Notes under the pieces: generated by a model
What the model saw: only the letters and a program-made list of their open reading frames with translations
Database searches by the model: none
What the model was told of the DNA's origin: nothing
Position numbers and translations under genes: made by a program
Assembly: GCA_018238625.1 (NCBI GenBank)
Contig: JABCSY010000122.1
Location: 1-10,952, forward strand
Length of the DNA: 10,952 bases
Direction of reading: 5' to 3'
From: Promethearchaeota archaeon
GTDB lineage: Archaea; Asgardarchaeota; Lokiarchaeia; Sigyniarchaeales; SOKP01
Shown: positions 1-5,725 of the stretch, piece after piece
How positions within the stretch are numbered: position 1 is the first letter of the stretch
Layout: every line of letters begins with the position of its first letter

Positions 1-606
1 ATAAACGAGATGCAAGTAAGAGCTATATTTCAAGCGGCTTGCGAACTTAAACTAAAAGGTGTTAATGTCATACCTGAAGTCATGATTCCTCTTATTGGTA
101 TGATTTCAGAACTACAATTTGTCAAAGCTCAATTGCTTGAAATCGCAGAAGAAACTATTAAGGATTATGGCGTTGAGTTAGATTACAAATTTGGTACAAT
201 GATCGAAATCCCGAGAGCAGCTTTAACTGCTGACGAGATTGCTATGGAAGCCGAGTTCTTCTCGTTTGGTACTAACGACTTAACTCAAATGACCTTTGGA
301 TTTAGTCGAGACGACGCTGAAGGAAAGTTCATTCCTGTTTACCTAAATAAAGAAATTTTGGAACGAAATCCTTTTGAATTTTTAGATCAAGATGGCGTAG
401 GCAAATTAATGAAAATAGCCATTGAGTTAGGCAGAAAAACTAGACCGGACTTAAAACTTGGTATTTGTGGTGAACATGGAGGCGAACCGAGCTCGATCAA
501 GTTTGCTCATTCAATAGGTTTGGATTATGTATCTTGTTCTCCATTTAGGATCCCAGTCGCAAGAATCGCCGCTGCTCAAGCAGAGATTGAACAAAAGAAA
601 AAATAA
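1..606 (+). CDS. ppdK: Pyruvate, phosphate dikinase, C-terminal PEP/pyruvate-binding domain (5'-truncated by window edge)
   Basis: Frame is open from base 1 (ATA AAC GAG ATG...), so the gene starts upstream. Motifs [36 protein letters not shown] and [10 protein letters not shown] are typical of PPDK rather than PEP synthase or PTS enzyme I. Confidence 0.95.
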   Translation: MNEMQVRAIFQAACELKLKGVNVIPEVMIPLIGMISELQFVKAQLLEIAEETIKDYGVELDYKFGTMIEIPRAALTADEIAMEAEFFSFGTNDLTQMTFGFSRDDAEGKFIPVYLNKEILERNPFEFLDQDGVGKLMKIAIELGRKTRPDLKLGICGEHGGEPSSIKFAHSIGLDYVSCSPFRIPVARIAAAQAEIEQKKK

Positions 607-630
607 ACTATTTTCCACAATTAGATTGTA

Positions 631-659
631 TTTCTTTTTTTACTATTTCTATTTCTTTT
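631..659 (+). terminator. Putative archaeal oligo-T terminator after ppdK
   Basis: TTTCTTTTTTT followed by further T runs, ~25 nt after the stop codon. Confidence 0.45.
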
Positions 660-751
660 AAAATTAAACTGAAAACATTCAAGTTTGTTCCACAAAAAAT
701 ATATCCTAAAGATTGATTTAATAATATACAATATAAATTGTAGATTTGAAA

Positions 752-1858
752 ATGACTTTAACTATAGATGAGAGAATTTCGTTATTAAAGGAAGTAGGAG
801 AAGAAATAATAAATATAGCCGAATTAAGAAAATTACTCCAATCGAAACATGATAATAACGAAAAGGTTTACGCATACGATGGTTTTGAACCATCAGGGAA
901 TATTCACATAGCTCAAGGGCTTCTAAGGGCGATTAATGTAAATAAGATAACTAAAGCGGGTGTTAGATTTAAATTTCTAATTGCAGATTGGCACGCAGCT
1001 GCGAACCTCAAGTTTGGCGGAGATTTAGACGTAATTAAGAAAGTTGGTGATTACTTCATTGAAGTTTGGAAAGTCTGCAACATGGACCTAAGTAAAGTAG
1101 AATTTATTTATGCTTCAGAAATAGTTAAAGATCCCGTTTATTGGGAATTAGTATTAAAGATAGCAATCAACAGTTCTTTAAATAGAGTAAAAAGGTGTAC
1201 ACAAATCATGGGAAGAGAAGATGCTGATACGTTAACAGCTTCTCAAATAATGTATCCTTTAATGCAGGCAGCAGATATTTTTTATCTTCCCGGGGATATA
1301 TGTCAATTAGGGTTAGATCAACGTAAAGTAAATATGTTAGCGAGAGAAGTTGCTCCAAAGTTAAATAAACCAAAACCAATTTCACTTAGCCATCATATGT
1401 TAATGGGATTAGGAAAACCACCCGATACGAATCTAACGGGAATTGACAGAGCTGTAAAACTCAAAATGTCAAAATCAGACCCAGACTCAGCTATTTTTAT
1501 GTTAGATAATCCCACAGACGTGAAACGTAAAATAAATAAGGCGTATTGCCCTCCAAAAGAAACGGTTGAAAACCCTGTCCTAGAATATTGCAAATACATA
1601 ATATTTGAGCTCATAGATACGTTTGAAATAGAAAGACCTGATAAGTATGGGGGGGATATAGAATACAAAAAATACGAAGAGATGGCAAAAGATTACGCTC
1701 AAGGTAAACTGAATCCGCCCGATTTAAAACCAGCAGTGATAAAATACCTAAATCAACTACTACTACCTATAAGGGAACATTTTGAGAAAGATAAAAAAGC
1801 TAAAGAGCTTTATTTATTTGTAGAAAAAGTATATACGCAGAAAAATACGAAAAAATAA
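752..1858 (+). CDS. tyrS: Tyrosine--tRNA ligase, archaeal/eukaryotic type (HIAQ subtype)
   Basis: YDGFEPSG-x2-HIAQG (HIGH variant), IADWHA, YPLMQAADIF, QLGLDQRKVNMLARE, KMSKS, AYCP; no bacterial S4-like C-terminal domain. ATG at 752 is preferred over TTG at 746. Confidence 0.95.
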   Translation: MTLTIDERISLLKEVGEEIINIAELRKLLQSKHDNNEKVYAYDGFEPSGNIHIAQGLLRAINVNKITKAGVRFKFLIADWHAAANLKFGGDLDVIKKVGDYFIEVWKVCNMDLSKVEFIYASEIVKDPVYWELVLKIAINSSLNRVKRCTQIMGREDADTLTASQIMYPLMQAADIFYLPGDICQLGLDQRKVNMLAREVAPKLNKPKPISLSHHMLMGLGKPPDTNLTGIDRAVKLKMSKSDPDSAIFMLDNPTDVKRKINKAYCPPKETVENPVLEYCKYIIFELIDTFEIERPDKYGGDIEYKKYEEMAKDYAQGKLNPPDLKPAVIKYLNQLLLPIREHFEKDKKAKELYLFVEKVYTQKNTKK

Positions 1859-1859
1859 C

Positions 1860-2486
1860 ATGATTAAACTACTAGCGATTGGCGACTCTCACTTACCTCG
1901 AAGGGCTAAAAGCGTTCCAGATCAAATTATCAAAAAGTTAGAGCAGTTAGTTGAAGTTGAAAAATTTGATTACACTTTTTTTACTGGCGATGTAGTAAAT
2001 GCTCCAAAATTCATGAATTTTTTAAACTTAATTACAAAGAGAAATTTATTTGTTGTAATAGGGAATATGGATTATTACGGAGGAAATCGAGATGCTCCAG
2101 TATATCGAAGTTTAAATATATCTGTAGGAAACGATGATAATTTATTTGTTGGGTTAACTCATGGTCATCAAATATCACCAAGGGGCGATCGTTCTCAACT
2201 TGAGTTGATTGCTATCGAAAAAAGTTTTAACATTTTAATATCTGGACACACGCATAAAGAAGAGATTTTTCTTCAGAAAGACATCTTACTGTTAAATCCC
2301 GGGAGCGTCACTGGGGCGTGGTCTTTTGTAGCAAGCGGTAATCCTTCGTTTATTACTTTAAGTGTAGTTGAAAAAACGGGGGATATCAGTGTAGTTTTAT
2401 ATCAGTACGATATAAGAGCTGCGAAACTTAAGGATTTAAAGTCCTATTTTGTTTTTGAAAATAACAAAATTCGATATAAGTATTAA
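1860..2486 (+). CDS. Vps29-like / YfcE-MJ0936 family metallophosphoesterase
   Basis: Calcineurin-like motifs GDSH, TGD, GNMD, HGH, SGHTH and NPGS. Segments GDSHLPRR, HGHQISPRGD, ILISGHTHK, NPGSVTGAW and PSF closely parallel eukaryotic Vps29. Starts 1 nt after the tyrS stop. Confidence 0.88.
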   Translation: MIKLLAIGDSHLPRRAKSVPDQIIKKLEQLVEVEKFDYTFFTGDVVNAPKFMNFLNLITKRNLFVVIGNMDYYGGNRDAPVYRSLNISVGNDDNLFVGLTHGHQISPRGDRSQLELIAIEKSFNILISGHTHKEEIFLQKDILLLNPGSVTGAWSFVASGNPSFITLSVVEKTGDISVVLYQYDIRAAKLKDLKSYFVFENNKIRYKY

Positions 2487-2606
2487 GATTAAATTTGATT
2501 CCGTTCTCAGATTAGAGTTTGCTCTTGCTATTAAATTAAAAAGAGATTGATTAAAGACCTATTTTTATGAGAAATTAAATTCAAAGTACAATAATAATAA
2601 ATGTTA

Positions 2607-2645
2607 AATAATTGATTATTGTTAGCATTAAATAATCAAATTATT
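2607..2645. promoter_or_regulatory. Tandem palindromes / inverted repeat upstream of the 7-TM gene (candidate operator)
   Basis: AATAAT-TG-ATTATT (2607-2620) and AATAAT-CAA-ATTATT (2631-2645). TTGATTATT (2612-2620) is the exact reverse complement of AATAATCAA (2631-2639). The AT-rich background lowers significance. Confidence 0.35.
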
Positions 2646-2672
2646 ATAACCTACAGTAAAACTGTTCTTACA

Positions 2673-3476
2673 ATGTTTGAAGATATCCTATATTTAGTTT
2701 TTCGAATATTTTTGATCGCTTGGCTTGGTTCATTTGTAATAATTGGAATCTTTTTTTTGATTCGAGCTTATCAATTGAATTTGAAGAATCTTATTTTTGG
2801 AGGTACTGGTTTCCTCATGGCGGCAATTTCACAGGTGGGTAAGCAATTTTTCGGTTTTAATTTAGCAATTACTAGAGTATTACTTGCGATAAGTTTTGTT
2901 TTGGTTATAATTTTTACAAATACAACATTCCATCGAGATAAACAATCAAATCTGCCGAAATTAATTATAATATTGGGATTAACGCTATCTTCTATTGTAT
3001 CTGTTTTATCTTATTTAGAAATGAGTGCGAGTTCTCCATTAATATTTTATTTAAATGTCAGTTCTGATACTTTACTAAGGGTTATATCATTTGGATGGTT
3101 AGCTTGGTCCTCCTATTCAGTTTATAGAGAGATTAAAAATCAAGATATGGAGCTTTGGATAAAAGCTAGATACAAAATACTCTTTATAGTATCTTTTATT
3201 TTCAGTTTTCACAATGTCCCGTTCTTTTTTCAACCATGGAATATAAGTTTTGGAGATTCTAGTAATTTAAGCAGTTTTATTGTTTTTGGAGCAATCTCTT
3301 TATTCGGACTCACATTTGCTATTGGATTTTCGTTAACATGGTTTATGCCCAAAAGGTTTAAGATCTTTTTCAACAAAGGTTATCAACCAAAAGAGGATCG
3401 AAATTATACCGAAGAAGAATTGATGACATTAATAAGAAAACAAATGTCTGAGGGAGATCCAAATACAAATAATTAA
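2673..3476 (+). CDS. Uncharacterised integral membrane protein with ~7 predicted TM helices and a cytoplasmic C-terminal tail (267 aa from ATG 2673)
   Basis: Seven hydrophobic segments by eye, separated by short loops; basic residues in loops 1-2, 3-4, 5-6 and after TM7; charged tail (KEDRNYTEEELMTLIRKQM). ATG 2673 is preferred over TTG 2619, which lies in the AT-rich palindromic upstream region. Confidence 0.8.
   Translation: MFEDILYLVFRIFLIAWLGSFVIIGIFFLIRAYQLNLKNLIFGGTGFLMAAISQVGKQFFGFNLAITRVLLAISFVLVIIFTNTTFHRDKQSNLPKLIIILGLTLSSIVSVLSYLEMSASSPLIFYLNVSSDTLLRVISFGWLAWSSYSVYREIKNQDMELWIKARYKILFIVSFIFSFHNVPFFFQPWNISFGDSSNLSSFIVFGAISLFGLTFAIGFSLTWFMPKRFKIFFNKGYQPKEDRNYTEEELMTLIRKQMSEGDPNTNN
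3450..3456 (+). promoter_or_regulatory. Shine-Dalgarno-like GAGGGAG for the downstream small ORF
   Basis: Purine-rich heptamer 6 nt upstream of ATA 3463, embedded in the 3' end of the 7-TM gene. Confidence 0.5.
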
Positions 3477-3738
3477 ATCTCTTGGTAATATTTTAGCGGA
3501 TAAAATTGGAATCAGTCAAGCTGCAGCTCGAGGATTTCTAAAATTATCAATTATAGATGAATTAGGGCCTTTTAAACCCTTAGATCAAATCAATTATGAT
3601 GAGTTAAAATTAGTTATACAAAAAACAGTAAAAAAAAGGTTAATCGAATTAAATTATACTAATATTGAATACATAATTGAATGTCTTTTAATCCAATTAA
3701 GAGAAAAACAATCTTTAATAACGATGGGAAGAGTTTGA
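3463..3738 (+). CDS. Unannotated ~91-aa helical protein with a non-canonical (ATA) start, overlapping the 7-TM gene
   Basis: Stop-free frame 3436-3735 ending at TGA 3736-3738 fills the gap between genes. Translation: (I/M)QIIKSLGNILADKIGISQAAARGFLKLSIIDELGPFKPLDQINYDELKLVIQKTVKKRLIELNYTNIEYIIECLLIQLREKQSLITMGRV. No in-frame ATG/GTG/TTG until 3724. ATA 3463 follows an RBS-like motif; CTG 3448 is an alternative start. It could instead be a start-loss pseudogene. Confidence 0.72.
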   Translation: MQIIKSLGNILADKIGISQAAARGFLKLSIIDELGPFKPLDQINYDELKLVIQKTVKKRLIELNYTNIEYIIECLLIQLREKQSLITMGRV

Positions 3739-3812
3739 AAAATTCTATATTCAGTCTGGAAAGCATTTATTAGAAATTAGATAAAAAAAATAATAATTCG
3801 TAGTAATTTTTC

Positions 3813-4238
3813 TTATTTTGGCGCTTTAACCTTGTCTAGCACGAGAACTTTCGGTAGTTTCAACAGTATGCCAAAATTTCTTTTTCCGTCGCTACTTTTA
3901 TCATATCTTAACTTTTTAAACCCGTATTTATTCTTTTTTAGCATCATGTGAAGCGTTGAGTTTTCGCCGCTAGAAAAACCCATCAAATCTTCTGGAGTTG
4001 CCATTATCTCTAAATCGTACTCTTCCAATTTGCCTTTACCAAGGCCGTACTTTCCATTCTCGGCGGTAAGATTAACCCACAAGTAAAAATCCTCTTCAGT
4101 TTGAAGCCCCATGTTTAACTTTGCTTGAAAGTTATCGAGCGTTTTATTGTTCTTTGGATTTCTGCGTTTATCTAGGATTATGCTTTCGATAACGCCCTTA
4201 AAAGTAATAAATAAGTTTTCTTTCTCAGATTCTTCCAT
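3813..4238 (-). CDS. Divergent SCP2 (sterol carrier protein 2)-like lipid-binding domain protein
   Basis: 141 aa. The helix-strand-strand-strand order and the segment GKGKLEEYDLEIMATPEDLMGFSSGENSTLHMM fit the SCP2 pattern G-x4-D-h-x-h-x4-dl-x-x-h-x-x-Ge. Fold call made by eye only. Confidence 0.55.
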   Translation of the reverse strand: MEESEKENLFITFKGVIESIILDKRRNPKNNKTLDNFQAKLNMGLQTEEDFYLWVNLTAENGKYGLGKGKLEEYDLEIMATPEDLMGFSSGENSTLHMMLKKNKYGFKKLRYDKSSDGKRNFGILLKLPKVLVLDKVKAPK

Positions 4239-4357
4239 AACTCTTTACCATTGATCAATTTTTTAAGAAATATTATTAAAATAAACTCAATTGCAATTAA
4301 TTAATATTTTATGTATCCTAAATATTTATATTAAATATAACTCCAAAAATAAGTATT

Positions 4358-4363
4358 AGGTGA
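4358..4363 (+). promoter_or_regulatory. Ribosome-binding site AGGTGA for the Fe-ADH gene
   Basis: Archaeal-type SD 8 nt upstream of ATG 4372. Confidence 0.55.
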
Positions 4364-4371
4364 AAAACTAA

Positions 4372-5571
4372 ATGTGGTTTTTTTATAGTCCAGGTATTAT
4401 ATATGGCGAAGATGCCATAGATTTCCTTGAAAATATTCCTGGCGAAAAAGTATTTGTTGTAACAGATAAAGTACTAGAAGAATTAGGTTATTTAAAAAAA
4501 TTGACTGAAAAACTAGACCAATTTGGAAAAAAATATATGGTTTTTAATGATGTACAACCAGATCCTCACGAAGATGACGTACTAACTGCGAGACAACAAT
4601 GTATCGATTATGCCCCTGATTTAGTCATAGCTTTAGGAGGCGGTTCAGTTATTGATACTGCTAAGGCTGTATGGTGTTTAAATGAATTTCCTGATATTGT
4701 TCTTGATGATATCTATCCGTTTAATGCGGAACTATATAAACTGGGAAATAAGTCAAAATTGGTTGTTATACCTACTACATCTGGAACTGGAGCAGAAATT
4801 ACTAATGTAAGTGTCATCTCTAGATTTCTTGATGGAATATGGAAAAAGCATTTTTTCTTGCATAAGAGTATGGTGCCCTCCTTCGCTATAGTTGACCCAA
4901 TTTTTCCCTTAGGAATGCCACCAACGCTGACAGTAGATACTGCTTTTGATGCTTTAGCCCATTCGTTAGAAGGCATTACAACTCTTTGGAAAAATGAGTT
5001 TAGCAATGGAGCAGCTCTGAAAGCAATTGAATTGATTTTTAAGTATCTACCAATAGTTGCTAAGGATGGTAAAAATATGGAAGCACGAGATTATTTGCAT
5101 CAAGCAGCTACAATGGCCGGATTAGCTTTTGGTAATTCTAACGCACACCTTGCACATACACTCGGGCATTCATGGGGCTCCGTCTTCCATGTCCCTCATG
5201 GTAGAGCAGTAGGTATTTTTCTCCCTTATGTATTACAGTACTGTTTAAACAACCCAGATAAGGCAGACAAAACAGAAGAAATACTTGGAAAATTAGCGAA
5301 ACAGTTAGGATGGGCAAATTGGGACGAAAACATCAAAGAATCAGCGAATATTGTCATAAAAAAAATAAAAGAACTTCAAAAAGAAGTTGGATTTTCTTTA
5401 AGTTTGAAGGAGATAGGAGCTACAAAGGAGGATTATGATAAAAATATTGATGCTTTAGTAAACCTTTGTTTTGAAGATTCTACAAGCGTTCTTGGCCCAA
5501 GATCTGCAAACACTGAGGACTTTAGGAAACTCTATGAGTATACATTTGAAGGAAAAGATGTTGATTTCTAA
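4372..5571 (+). CDS. Iron-containing (group III) alcohol dehydrogenase
   Basis: ALGGGSVIDTAK cofactor loop, IPTTSGTGAE, AIVDP, and metal ligands in DALAHSLE, HTLGH and VPHG; 399 aa. Substrate cannot be assigned. Confidence 0.93.
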   Translation: MWFFYSPGIIYGEDAIDFLENIPGEKVFVVTDKVLEELGYLKKLTEKLDQFGKKYMVFNDVQPDPHEDDVLTARQQCIDYAPDLVIALGGGSVIDTAKAVWCLNEFPDIVLDDIYPFNAELYKLGNKSKLVVIPTTSGTGAEITNVSVISRFLDGIWKKHFFLHKSMVPSFAIVDPIFPLGMPPTLTVDTAFDALAHSLEGITTLWKNEFSNGAALKAIELIFKYLPIVAKDGKNMEARDYLHQAATMAGLAFGNSNAHLAHTLGHSWGSVFHVPHGRAVGIFLPYVLQYCLNNPDKADKTEEILGKLAKQLGWANWDENIKESANIVIKKIKELQKEVGFSLSLKEIGATKEDYDKNIDALVNLCFEDSTSVLGPRSANTEDFRKLYEYTFEGKDVDF

Positions 5572-5588
5572 ACAGAATTCATTTACTA

Positions 5589-5605
5589 TTTTTTTTTAAT
5601 TTTTT
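5589..5605 (+). terminator. Putative oligo-T terminator after Fe-ADH
   Basis: T9-AA-T6 starting 18 nt after the stop codon. Confidence 0.55.
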
Positions 5606-5725
5606 CACATTCTTAGCTAATTTTGTCGAAATGTTAAACAATAAATATATGCATTTTGATTATGATTATGTTTTTAGGTATTTTGATAATTGATTAATGA
5701 ATTGCATAACTATCAAAAATAACAC

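Noticed and set aside
1393-1668. 91-aa minus-strand ORF
   Set aside because: Antisense shadow entirely inside tyrS, with no recognisable motifs.
2619-2672. N-terminal extension of the 7-TM protein from TTG 2619
   Set aside because: The TTG lies in the AT-rich palindromic upstream region without an RBS; ATG 2673 directly precedes TM1.
2673-3476. 7-TM protein as a rhodopsin (type-1, heliorhodopsin or schizorhodopsin)
   Set aside because: No Lys in the seventh helix (no DxxxK or SxxxK) and no RYxxW-like motif in TM3.
2751-3637. Homopolymers T8 (2751-2758) in the 7-TM gene and A8 (3630-3637) in the small ORF as phase-variation sites
   Set aside because: Both frames are intact, and 8-mers of A or T are common at this base composition.
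3813-3827. C-terminus of the SCP2-like protein as a peroxisomal PTS1-like signal
   Set aside because: It ends in KAPK, which does not match the SKL/AKL consensus.
4713-5006. 97-aa minus-strand ORF
   Set aside because: Antisense shadow inside the Fe-ADH gene.
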